Shown here piece after piece: positions 24,481 to 38,000 of a DNA stretch of 64,000 bases; position 1 is the stretch's first letter; the number at the start of each line of letters is the position of its first letter. The position numbers and the translations under genes were made by a program. The stretch spans positions 2,852,001 through 2,916,000 of the forward strand of contig CM102288.1 in assembly GCA_046563655.1 (NCBI GenBank), read 5' to 3'. A model generated the notes under the pieces. The model saw nothing but the letters and a program-made list of their open reading frames with translations, had not been told where the DNA came from and searched no databases. The DNA is from Yuukianura sp. NJ FZ-2021. Taxonomy: Eukaryota.

Positions 24481-25490
24481 ATGTGGGAATCTCCCAGGTC
24501 AAAGGTTAGGTTTCTTTTCCCTGGCCTTTTACTATTCCTCGTTACATGGCTTCTGCCACTGGCCCTTTCCGGTCCAATTCCAGAACCAATCGGTACGGCT
24601 CCGACGCCGCAAGAATTGACATCGACAAGTGCCGCCAATGGGTCAGAGGTCACCGATCAGGACAAATCGCTGGTGATGAAACGAAGCGTTGAAGACGCTG
24701 GATCGGCTTATGAGGGCGCAGAATACGAATTGCCGCAAGAAAACGACCCGTACCCAATGGTAATTTTTTGATTTTTGAAATCGAATTTTTGAAAATCGTG
24801 AAAGTAAAATGTTCCCTCTTGATGTTTACTCCCTCTTCAAAATTTAAAATTTTGTTAAAATTTGTGAAAGTTCAAATGTTTATCAATTTCAAAACCCGAA
24901 TTTTTAGTAACCAGAAGAGTAAGTAGAGAAATATATTTTTTGGCACGTTTCTCCTCTCATTGCATTTTCGAATTGTGGATCTATTTTTCTCCTAAAACTG
25001 TTTCGCTTTTGCATTGGTTTTACAAAATTGCAAAAACAGTACTCTGAAATTTTTGTTTAATTTTTTTGAAAAGCTAATCTCCAAGAAATCTGCCGAAGTG
25101 TTAAACAAACTCGTAACGGCTTTGCAGCACTCTTTGGGTCCAAATGTCGTCCGAACATCGGACTTCCTAAGCGATAAGGTAAGGTATGCCCCCCAAAACT
25201 CAAAATTGATCATTTTCAGAACAAAAGTTCAAAAAATTCTAATTTTTCCAAATAAATAATCCAATTTTTTTTTGATTTTTGAAAAACAGGAACTGATCCC
25301 AGTGCGAAATAGTCCCAATTACGAACTGGTAAAAATAACATATCATGCTCATCCCTCCCCCACCACTCAACTGCTCCTCCTCCCCCATTTTCATCATTTC
25401 TTTAATTCCCAGTTTAATCTTCAGCGTCGGAATCAAAAGGACCGCAAAAACTACTTGCGCTGCTACTTCAACGCTGTTTCCTGCTTCTAA
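24481..25490 (+). CDS. AstCC: Allatostatin CC (double C) neuropeptide precursor, 4 coding exons (24481-24759, 25074-25178, 25290-25328, 25413-25490), about 166 aa
   Basis: The signal/anchor is MWESPRSKVRFLFPGLLLFLVTWLLPLALS. All introns are phase-0 GT-AG. The pro-region helix ISKKSAEVLNKLVTALQHSL resembles AstCC KRAALLLDRLMVALQKAL. The C-terminus is FNLQ-RR-NQKDRKNYLRCYFNAVSCF*, non-amidated. Confidence 0.9.
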
Positions 25491-26020
25491 AACACAATTC
25501 ATCACCGATCAATCTCTTCCAGTGCCGATAAAATGATGATGATGACAGTGACGATGACGCCCATGTCCAGAACTACCCTAATTTTGAAAAACCTCCATCC
25601 ACCCTTTATTTAGTTTCTCTCTGTAGATATACTTTTTCTTGTGCAACCAAAAAAGAGAAAAGTTTCAATAAAAAAGAAATTCTACCCTAACTTTTTTTCA
25701 ACAAAAGCCAAAAACTTAGCACTTTACAATTAAAATTTTAACTTTGGAACAATTAAAGTAATCTTATGTAGTTGTAAAACCCCTCTTAACAAAGACAGGC
25801 CTTGGACGGACATTTGGTCTAACTTTCACTTTGGCTTTCACTTCAACAAAAATGTTTCAAAATTTTGAATTTCCGGTTTTAGGACTAGAGACACTTGTTT
25901 GCAAAAATGATTCACTTTTCTCAAAAAATCGAAAGGCACACACTTTTCATGAGTCAGTTTTCTTCGTAATCAGCACAGCGTCACTACGAATGAGTCATTT
26001 GCGTCATTTTTTGTCGCAAG

Positions 26021-29000
26021 TCATTTCGCTTCTGCTGGAAGGTGACAATGAGCACAGTGTCTACAGATGGGACAGTTTCCAAGTTTCTTGGCCACGGTGG
26101 ACTTGAATTTCAGGGCAGGTCCGAGTTTCATACTCATGTTTTGTATGAGGTGCTCCTCTGTTAGGAGTGGAAGGGATGAACCATCAATGGAATGATCACG
26201 AAACGCCTATTAAATTTCAAAAGCAAAAAAATTGTTAGAAAAAATTGTTCATTAGAAATGCAATTTCTAGTTGCAAAAAACGACTAACTACTCTTCCAAG
26301 TTGTCAAAACCTCATTTTTCATAGTCACAAGCCCCGTGTTTTGCCTTGAGGAAATCTTTTCAGAGCTTCGTGAAAAACTTAACATCTTCTCATCAATCCT
26401 ACTCACAACAAATTACAACGGAAATCACTCAATTTCAAGGCACGAGTTTATAAAAAAAAAAAAAAGAGGACAACAGGAAATAAGCCAAAATTTTCCCAAA
26501 AAAAAATTTCGACAAACTTCGAAAGTGCTTGAAAATAAACTCAAACTGCTTATTTCTACTGTGTTTTCTACTGCTAAACAGTTCGGAAATGCTCTCCATT
26601 CTCCATTCCAAAAAGTTCAAAACGTACTGTAGAGAGAAACTTAACTTCACAGTCAGGGAAAGCATTTCTTCTTTTCAACATTCCTGTAGTGTAGTTTAAA
26701 TCTTTCGACAAATAAATAACCATTCATCTTAAAAAAAATAAAAAATATAATAAAACATAAAAATTTCCAGACGAAAATTCAGCAATTCAAGTGGCGGAGC
26801 TTTCAGAATAACATTGCGTCATAAGATACTCAAAATTCAAAATTTTACTGCACTTTTAACAGTCTAACGGAACTGCATAATTATAACCCTGTGACTAAAA
26901 GTCTCTAGGCTAATTAGTAAACGCCAAATTTTACCGTAGTGCACACAAAAAACTAAAATTTTGAATCTTGCACCGCTTGTTTTCAAAAGTTTTCCCGTGT
27001 CAAATAACTCTCAACGCTGCTGGGACTAAAAAGTAACAACAAGACCAACACTACTATCAAAATTTTGGAAAACAAATTGCAGTTTGGAAATAAATTGCTT
27101 CAGACGCGGCGTTCTCACATTTCAGCATCTCCGCATTCCGAAATCCCCGTTTTTTTTAAAAAAAAAAAAAAAAAAAAAGAATCCCACGCTTTATGCCGCT
27201 TTTTACAAATCTTCCGCATTTTTAGTTAAGTTTTTCATCTTACCTGGATGTACTCTGCACAGAGATCGATGGAACCCACGAACCGACACACGTCATCAAC
27301 TGTCCACCCACTGACAATCGCTTCCCCTTCTGCCGAACATCCAGAACAGTTGGATCCACAGCGTTTAGTACTCGTTCCAGCATTTCCGGAATTGGATTTG
27401 GATTTCTTTGGTGGCGAACCAGCACTGAGTCCCACCAGAGCAGCAGCCGATGACAGGTCAAGTGGCGAAGTGGCTCTCTTGACTCCACCGCCAGAAGGTG
27501 GGTTGAGGCCATTTGAAGTTGGTGGGGCTGGTGGTGGGATCGGAGTGGTTCCAGATGCTGCTGCTGAACGGACCATTGATAGTAGTGTTTGGGTAGAACT
27601 CATGTCGATCAAAGGGAATTGAAATTTGTCGGCATGCTGTTGCTGAAAAGCGAACAGACTTGCAGCGGCTGGAATCACAAAAGTCAAGAAATCGATTAAG
27701 AAAACACAAGTTTTATGAATTTTTTGGAAATTATGAGAAAAAATTTCAATTCTCAAGTTCAAATTCATTCAAAAACTTTGTATAAAGAATCAGCACGTTT
27801 TGAACAATTCACAACTGCAGTTCAATACTCTACATCCACCTTTAGACTGGAAAGTATTAAGTGGCTTTGTTGTTTCACACAAAATGATTTCGAAAAAACA
27901 TAAATCCACTTTTTAAATTTCGAAAAACATTAAAATTGAAATTCAATTTGAAGTATTAGTTTGATTTTAAACTCACCTGCAGCAGCTCCGGGCTTCAAAA
28001 ATCTTGAATCAAAATTGAAAGGAGAGGAACGAGCGTAGAGGCTGAAAATTTCAAATACAAAGAAAATCTTTGAAAATTTTTTTCAAAATTTTTCGGGAAA
28101 GGGAGAAAATTTTGGGTGAAATATCATGGGAAATTTTTTTTCGGATGGGGCAACACATTCATGTGAACTAACTTTACGACTTTTGTAAAATAATCACTCC
28201 ATATGGAACCTAATTTTACGTGGAGTTGAAAATACTCAAAAAACCCAACCGAATATGAAAATTATGTTCAAAATTTTGAAAAAAAATGAAATTACTCATT
28301 TGGGTTCGCATGTTGGTACTTGGCTGCTAGACTTCTCATGATATCGCTGCAGTTCCTGCCCATCATTTGTTCCATTTGTCTCAACGGTGGACTGGCTCCA
28401 CGGGACCCACCGCCGTTGGACGGTGGCTTCGAAGGACTCGGAGAGGATCGGACACTCTCGGGACTTTGTCGCTCTGTTTTGATTGGTGGAGCCCTTTGTT
28501 TCTTGGATGTTCTGGATTTGGGCGTTGGTTGATTGAGGACAGTAGTTGTAGCAGAAGATGTTGAGGTCGTAGTCGGAATAAGTCCGGGCATAGACGAGCT
28601 GTGATTGGCTGACAGCGTTCCAACGGGATCTGACGACGGTGACTCTTCTTCACCCGATTCTGTTGACCGTGCTACAAGATCAAACAGAAATCCATTTCAA
28701 ATAACATTTTCCAAAAACTGATTTCAAATATTGACTTTGAGGTTTTTTGAACGCACGACGCAAGAGTTTCAAAAAAAAACTAAAATCTTTTTCTGAACTC
28801 CCACGAATGACAAACCGTGTCACTGCTAAGGTGCGGTTTAGACGTGTGACCTTTGCATTTCAAAATTTCAATTTTCTTTGACCTCATCTCAAGAATTTTT
28901 TTTTTCAAAACATGCTTTGATTTCAAATTATTAGTATTATTTTCAGCCTGACCTTTAAAATTTAATATTCAATTGTTCGAATCATCGAATCTCTTTCAAA

Positions 29001-32000
29001 ATTCAGAACTTTTTCTTCCGACCAAAATTGAAAAGCTTTCCTTTGTGACGGGAGTCAAGAAACATGAATTTGCAACATCTTTTGATCCATTCTTGTCTCT
29101 TCCCTTCCAAAGTCCAGAGTTGAACCTTGTCTTTTGAATTACTCGGACTCTTAAAATGCCTTTTATGTTGCCCAGATCATGACTCTGCGCGTTTCTTTGA
29201 GTACTTTCCTGTCACGTAATAATTAAATCCAGCCCTTATCCACTCCCTTCAACCTCTAAAGCAAAGGGCTCCTCTCAAGACATACTTGGAAGCCAAGGGA
29301 ACGACACAAGGGAGGAGGCCCTTAGGAAATTGGCGACTGTGCAATACTTAACTCTTCCAAGTCTCCCTGGAATGTTCCTCTGCCTACCCAATAATTAACT
29401 TTTACTGTTCTGTGTTCCTAATTATTAACAATAGGAAAAAATACATAAGGAGAACATTACTGTTTGGACTTTTAGACCGTGTAAAGTTAAAACAGAAACA
29501 CTAAATGGGCATAGACTAAAAACAAACGCTGTGAGAAACTATGGGTTGACTTTAATGAGCCATTTGTAGGCACTGGAAGCATCTTTCCAAACAATGAATT
29601 CAGTAATTGCAAATTCCAATTCAACCAAACACTTATTTTCAGCGTGTAAGCAGAACCAAAGTCCATCCGAAAGGTCATGACCTTTTCATAGTTTAGGGGT
29701 CATGGTATTGTGAAGGGCTCCTTGTAAAATTTCAAGGGCTCTGAATAAAATGTTAAGGGCTCCCTTAGAATGTCGTGTTTTAAGCCGATCACTGTTTTTT
29801 TAATTTAATTTTGCGACAGTAGAATCGTAAATAAAGTTGGGAATTCATTCAACAGCAGTTCTCTGAATTTTACAGATTCACCTTTTCATATTTTTTTTGG
29901 CAAGCCATTTTGAAAATTTGACAAGAAAAAGTTTTCGGTTATCTTTTTTTGAATGTTGACTACTTACGTTCATAGCACCATTCAGGCCACTTAATAGGGC
30001 TGTTCTTGTGATTATCCAGTTCCGTCATTTTTTTTTCAAAATTTCACTTTTTCCTAAACTTTCTCCGAAAACTCTCAAAACGTGGAGAACTTTCTCCCCA
30101 ACTTTTTCCACTTTTTGCACCACTTGTGTTACAAACTGAGTCACTGGGTTCTTCCACAACCTACGCAACCGCTTGGTAATCTCACTCTAGCACAAAGTGA
30201 AAGTGGGTGAAAGTCAAGTGTAAACCTGTTGCATTTCCCAGCAGATTGGATCCTACTCTTATTCCAAAAAAGAGCGGGTATTATTGTTCTCAAGAATTGA
30301 GGGTTGAATTTAGAGTTGGAAGTGACAAAAAGCAAGTGGAGAGAGAAAGATCAATTCACACCTTCCCAGGAACCCACAAAAGCAACAGACGTTAGGACCA
30401 TCCCTCAGCCCTTCTGCCGCCTTTCGATTAAAATCCACCCCTCAACATACGCACATCTCTTCAATACTAAATTTCATCCCCCACTTTTTTAAAAGTCACC
30501 CCCTCACTTCAATTACTATCTTCCACCTGAATCTACACTTTACTACTTACTACTAACCATCAACAACACGAGAAATCAAACCAGAAGCAAATGGGAACTT
30601 GTTCGAGAGCCCTTAACACAAAATTCTTTCTCCCTTCAACCATACATCACCAAATCCTACACACATAACACATAATTCACAACAAAATCTCACCAAAACC
30701 GATTCTTTTTGTCGTTTTTACTCAAGAAAAATCAGAATTTGAATTTTCAAGAATTCAAAGTCAAACCCCAACTTTGAAATTCATAAACTTCCACATAAAG
30801 TTGTGTCAAAGAGGACATTACGGATAATCTAAGAATGCACTTCACTCTACCAAAGAAATTGCAACCAATCGCACGGCGTTTGAATATGTCAATGTATTCG
30901 ACCTGAATTGACCTCTGAGGTCACTTCCTGCTAACTGTGATGACCCACACCTACAACTGACTCTTTACATTGTCATGCATGGATTCGTTGGAAAAAGAAA
31001 CTTAAAAATAAGTGTTTTGCGATGTCTTGTGACTTTGACGTGTGGGTGTTGTTAGCGCCCTTTGGCATGGGAAATCTACTTGAAAAAGTCATTTAAGCCA
31101 TGTCAATATTGACCTTTCAACTCCCTCGAGACTTAGCTTGTAAATCTGTAAAACTTATTATGCCAAAACCTACCTCTGCGCCTAACCCAGTCAAATTAAG
31201 TTAAGCTTTAAGGAAAAGTGGAGATGAAGCTGTTCTTCCGAGACTCCAAATTATGAATCATTAGGCACTTGTATGATAATGCCGCTGTCTTTTTCTTGTC
31301 CTCCCATCATCACATCTTTACGAATCTCCAAAGATCTTGAGCACAAAAGACAAACTTCAAATGACCAGAGTCCCCGCATCATCCATAAAGTGTCAATGAA
31401 CTCTAAAATTAGCCACTGCTCCTCACGTTTTGCTTCACTGAACAGTCCATTTCTACAACAAAACATTCACATCCAAATCTTCTAACTTCAAATTTAACAT
31501 AACTTTACCGTAATCCTCCAAGAAATGCTCCAAAACCATTTCTTTCGCAACAAACAACGAAAAATTAAATAAGAACAAAAATCAGAACCTAAAATTTTTG
31601 AATTTTGAAAGCAAAAGTCGCAAATTTTTTGCTCTTAGAAGCAGATTTTTTCAGGAAAGATTTTTACCGAAAGGTTTCTCAGATTTTGATCTTGTCGCTT
31701 TAAAACGAGTTTTACGGTAACCCGGGCATGGTAAACATGCGACATCTCAGCATGCAGCAGCTTCTCGGCGCTGCCTGAGCTCAGCTAGATCTTCACAGAA
31801 CAAATTCTGTGTCTAATTAGGTTTTGAAGCATTGGAGGTTTTTCCAAGGTAGTAAGATGGATGCGTTCCTATTAAATTTCTCATTGGCACACGCTAAGTG
31901 GTCTGTTCTTACTTTACTAAAAGATACAAAGTCTCCCTCCTGCTCTGTCGAGTGGATGAGGTTGGATGATCCCATAAAATGCACAAAAACTTCCATTTCA

Positions 32001-35000
32001 AACAAGACCTTCGCAGAACGGAGACGTTGCAGCATGGGATAAATCTGCTAAAGCTAATAGGAAATTTTGAGAAGAGAAAATATTTGCCAACGGGGGGCTG
32101 GAAACAATTTTCAAAAGAGACAGTAGGCGATCAAACAGCAACAACAGCGTCACTTTCAAACGAAAAACTACACACAAATGTTCAAAGGAAACAGGAAATC
32201 TATTTATAAAAACCAAAAACCGAAATAAGCCTACATACTTTTTCAAATTTTTTCAAAAATGAAAGAATTATTTGTCGATCCCCTTTCAAGAAGAGAATAG
32301 CAAATTTTTTGACAAAAAATTATTTAAAGCTTAGTTTTGCTGCACGCGAACAAGCGGAGATGCGATTTACGTTTCTACTCCTCCACAAAAAATCTCTCAA
32401 AAGACGCAACTTTGTACAAAAAAAATCTTATTTTTTCCTAAAATTGAGAACAATGAGGGCCGATTCAAACGTAGTGAATGAAATGTAAAACTCCAATTTT
32501 TTCATTCGTCTTACTAAAAACTGAGAATCCAGAACGCAGAGGATCAAGGTCTGTCTTTTTATGTCAGAAACTCAAAATTTAGGCAAGAATAAACGAAGCG
32601 GAGTCAGTCATGCAGGCAAGAAGAGTAATTTGGGAAGATGTAAAAAGAAAAGCAGCAGGGAGGACTATTTTTTTTTTCAAAAAACCAAAAAAGACGAAGG
32701 ATGAGAACTGTCTCCATTTGGAATTGGTTGTTGGTTCTTGCATGCATGACAGAGGTCAAATGTCTCCATCCTCAGATGCACAACCACCGGAAGTCAGAAC
32801 CACTTGCGGTCAACATCAATCTCACTCAAAAAACAGACTCTCATCGCTTCAAAAAATGTTCTCAGCATCAAAAATCTTCATTTTTTGTCAACATTTTTAA
32901 AGCTACAACTTAAAAAAACTTTAAAATCGGATGAATTGATCTGAGTCAAAAAGCAAACTCGAGTCGAATATTTCCTTTCACCATTCAAAAATGCTTTCAC
33001 AAACGTCCACAAATTCTCAAAATTTTATCTTTTTAGTAAAAAGGAACAGATATGGTGTTAGTTTTGTTTGCGTTTACTTATAAAACCATTACATGATGCT
33101 AAAAAATGCACTTACGACTGTTTGAAGTGATCTTCCGACTTTCTCCTGATCTCCCAACTTTTCTGTCGAGTGGCGGTGAAAGTCTTTTTGAACTTTCACT
33201 TCTGCCGGTTAACGGAGCAGACGGAATTTCAAATCCAAATTCAGATTCTGAAGATGAGCAACTCTGCGATCCTAAAAAACAAAAACATTTCGAAATTTAA
33301 CACAAAAAATATTCAATAATTTGTATCTAGTTTTCCGAAATTTATGAATTTTTGAGCCCATATGGGACCGAATTCTACTGAAACTTTCTTTTCTTGAGTT
33401 TTACAAAAAGTAAGGTGCTTGACCCCTCCATTTTTTTTTTCAAAATTTCACAAGTTTTGAGTTGAAACTCAAGCGTAGTTAATTTAACTCCTTTGGGGTG
33501 TTTTGTAAATTAAGTTTCCATTGTTACTCTGTTTCTAAACTCCACAAATTCCGCCCCCTTGGGGTTCCAAAAAAGTGCTGTGGGGTTGTTCAAAAAATGT
33601 TACCTCTGATGTAGGCCCCTTTGAAATCATCTTGAGTAATTCTCCTTTGTAATTATTTTGTAACTCCTCGCAAAAAAAACTTACTATTTAGCTCATCCAT
33701 ATCAAATTAGGTTGTAGTACTCCGAGACTACTTTTGTATTATAGGACTCAGGAATTGTAATTTGTTTCAAAATATGCATATTCATAGGGGTTGACGTGAA
33801 GTCGCCGCCGGAGGAACATTTCATTGTCTTCTGTTCCTGGCCTTTAGGATTTTGATTGAATAGGCAAAGTGACTTTAAGGTTCCGAACAAAAGACACTCT
33901 GAAGATGATGAAGGACGGGGTGGGGTCAGAGGGACTCATAAAACAAAATCTAGGAGATGCAAAATCCTTCGGAGATGGACCAAAGTCTGCTGCTAATACT
34001 AAAAAAGTGACAGAGTAATTGGTAGGAAGTTTAAAACGAATTTGCTGAGAGCAAGATGCGCATGTTCCTTTAAGAAGCGGTTTTTTACTAGTAAATAATT
34101 ATGGACTAACGTTTGATGATGATTAAAAGGAGAAAGGAAGGAGGAGCTTGGGAGAATCTAAAACTCAAACCGCCTCCAATTTATTAGCAAAAATTAGAAA
34201 ATTAGGAAAAACAGTTAAGTCTAAGCAGGGGGTTGGAAATTCTATTGTTCAAACTTGTAATTTGAAAAAGGGGGAGCCTCAAATTTTCGAAACTTTCAAA
34301 AAAAAACACCCCATTGTTTTTTTTTTAAATCAAACTCACTCGTTCTTGAAAACTGAAAACTAACTTGAAAAATATTACCCTAACCTGATACTGCTCCAAA
34401 AAAATCTTGAAAACTATCACTATCCACGCTACAATTTCGAAAAAGTTTGAAAATGTCAAATTTTCCTAATTTTTAAATCTTTGCCATTTCTTTCAAAAAA
34501 AAAAGTCAAAAGTTTTACGCCGTTCACAACTCTTGCCGGAATTTCTTGCGTTTTTTAAACAAAATTTTCCAGATTATCAGCTAGCTCCTCAAGGTTTGTA
34601 AGGTTTGTTCTAAATTTTTCCAAACTCAGTTTTTTTTAAACTTCACTTTCAAAAAAATCGTGCTCATTTTAATTTTGATGATGTGAATGTTTTAGTCCAT
34701 TTTTTGTGTCTTTCCCGTGACTTTCCACTTGACTAAATTTTTCCCTCCCACATAATAATTCCGTAGACTCTCCGCTCTAACTGATTTGAGTAAATTGCAC
34801 TCTTAGGCAAAGTACCTATAAAACTTCTTTTTTTTCTTCCAAAAACAATAAATGTCTTCGTCCTAAATTCTCCTTGTAGTCCTAAATTCTTGTGATGTTG
34901 TGACAAGCCTTTAGTTGACAGAATCATCAAAAAAAATTCTTCCAAAAAACACAGGAGCACAGGACAAACGCACAAAACTTTAATGTCTCTCCCGAAAACC

Positions 35001-38000
35001 ATAAATCCAAAAAGAAAATCATCACAAAAGTGGAAAAAGAAGCTTCTTCTCGACCAAGGAAGCAAAAAAAAAAAAAAAAAAACAGCCATGTAGATTTTGT
35101 GTCCTGATCTCATAAAAACTAAAAGACTTTCAGAGTAAAAGACTCTTATTATAGAGAACAATTCAAAAATTTCTCCGTCGTAGTTACTTCCTCGAAGCTT
35201 AAAATCCTTTGGAGATGAATGACAGATTCAAAATGGGCGGAGACAGCAGCAGAAGATCATCAATCTCCAAACACCTTTTTCAAAATGATCCACAAATGGA
35301 ACAATTTACACTTTAGAATTTAAAATTGAATGGAACCAACTTCTCAGAAATAAAAAAAAATAACAACGTCAATTCAAAGTGATCATTTAGAAACCAAGTC
35401 GTGTAAGCAGGAGCACAAGGTAGTAGAATTGCAATGAATTCAATTAAATGATGGGAACTTTCAGTTCAACTTTTACAACAAAAGACGCTTTAATTTTCCC
35501 TTTTCATCTCTGGTTTTCCACTGCCGACAAAATCACAAAGTAACAACAACAATTGAAATCATGAAAAGAAATCAGGTAGGATGCCACTGGCTGAATCACT
35601 CAACTTTCACTTTTCAAAAAAAAAATCCAAAAAAATCAAAATCTATCGAAATTTTGAAATTCGTCGGATTTTCTGAATACAATCGGCATTTTTTTGCTTT
35701 CACTTTTTTTACTAAACAAAAATTATCCCTAGAACACCATTTTTTTTGGTTTTCACAAAAGTGAAAGTTCAGTTACGACGAAAGTTCAGATGGACTTTTC
35801 TTTTTATTAACTCAATCACAAAGCAGAAATCGAATATTTTAAATCTCAGTCTGTCAAATTTTCATCTCGACGTCCTCGCTTCTGACACTTTAGTCACAAA
35901 AATTTTATCTTGATGTAAGTTTAATGGTGACATTCAAAGTACTTCAAAGGGCCCCGCGTGACCCTTCAAAGGTCACCGCAAAGTGACCCCTCACTGTTTT
36001 ACAATCTCCCATTTACCGACATATCTTTTTACAAGATCTGAAACATAACAAAACCTAACAACTTCTCTAGCATCTTCTGAGGATCCTGAACCGAGATGAC
36101 TTGACCCAAAAAATCTTCAAGTCTCACTGCCCCGTTTGCTTTTTTTTCTTTCCATCATGCTCTATTATAAAATTCCGATTAGTCTTTCAAAAAAAGCATT
36201 TGAATGTCCATTATGACTCTTTTAATTCAGAGTCTCCTTGGAATGTCCATCTTTCTCAAGTCGTGATCTTCCAAAAAAGTTGGGGACAAGCTTCGTCACT
36301 TTTTTATTCCTTCAAGCTTCAACTATTATCTCTAGAATGTTAGTCTTTAGCCAAAAGCCATGAAGGAGAGAGAGAGTAAAGCTTTTGTTGTCTTTTCATC
36401 CGTCTGTTGTTGGTTATCCATTGTAATTTGTACCTCAACTGACTTCAGGTCTCTCTCTACATCTAAAATGCCTCTGATCCTAATTTTCTTAGACTAAAAC
36501 TTGATGCTAGATGGTTGATGAAGAAGGTGTTGAAAAGAGGCATCACAGATTTCGTACAGTGACTCGACAGGATTCTTCTCAACATTCAACACAAAGTCTT
36601 CCCAAGCCGAAGGTGAGAAATCTTTCAATTAATTTTTTTAAGACTTATTACGCAAGACGCAGTCCAAGGAGACGCTTTTCAGAAGATCTAAGAATTCTTT
36701 TGTCCTGTTACAAAAACAGCAGCAGCAGAAGCTACAAAAAAGTACTGCGGCGCCCCCCTCCAACTCCTTTCCATTGGATTGTTGATGATGTGAGGATGAC
36801 TTGCCTTGTCTCACAAATCTTTTGTTACTTTAGAAGCTAAAAGACACACAAGGAAAAAAGTTTACAAGATTAAGGGACCCCTTCTGTATTAAGGGATCCC
36901 TTAACAGCAACAACAGGAATATGCAGAAGCAACTTCGTTGTAGAAGGTGTTTGTTCCCTGGTGAGATATTATGACCAGACGTCCATCCCTGGATCAATCC
37001 GGACAGTCAAAGTCAGGGGGACCCTTAAGGCTCCTTACAACTCCAAACTTAAACTTAATTTCCTTAACAAAATAGGACATCATTAGCCTATGTTTAGGAG
37101 ACTTAAGATGCTGGAGGGTCCAGAGCTGTCTGGAAGAGCAATATTGAAGGGATCAGTTTTATAGATCTTTTTTAGGAAAAGAAAGCGACACCCTTCAAGG
37201 GTTCTCTCATTTTTTAAATAGAAAACATTCATCCATCATCTTTCTGTTTTGATCGAAATTCGGATTAAAGTCCAGTAGCCCTTAAGGACCGCAAACGCTC
37301 AAGGGGGGCCTTGAAACCCACACATAAACACGTTCGCATCTGAATCTGAGTCTGTCAGGACTTTGTGTAAAAAAAAAAATAAAAAAAAATGAGAATTTTT
37401 GGTTTGATGAAGCTTGATGCCGTTTGAAAAAATTCGGCACAAAATGATGAAACTTTTTTTTTGAAATGAAGGTTCGTCCGGTCGCTCAAAATGGGAAACT
37501 TTCACTGTGAAAGTGAATTCCATGACTCGAATAGAAGCCAAGCCATAAACCTTAGCCAGGAGTCAACTGGCACTTGACCTTTGACCTCTGCTGGGTCCTC
37601 GTGTTGTTTGGTTATAAAAATTCAGGTTCTGAGACATGGTAGGCGGAATACTTGATTAGAGAGGATTCGTATTGAAGTGGAATAAAATCGTGATCAGTTG
37701 AGAGTTCATCCTTGACTGATGTGGTTAATGGCTCTTATGCTGTAGATTTGGCAAAGAACTGGGAGTTCCTGCCACGAAACCTAACCAAAGAATCTGCTGG
37801 GAACAAAAACTTGATAAACTTGCCTGACCTTAGGAAGTGACCAAATTGACCTCTTCTGATCAGAAGTCGTAGAACCAGTGACCCCTCAAATTAGCATATT
37901 CCCATTCTCACACAACCTACACTAGTAAGTAACTAACAACCAACAACTCACGAATTCCACTTCACTTTGTGCAATAAAAACTTAAATTATGCCCTGTTCT

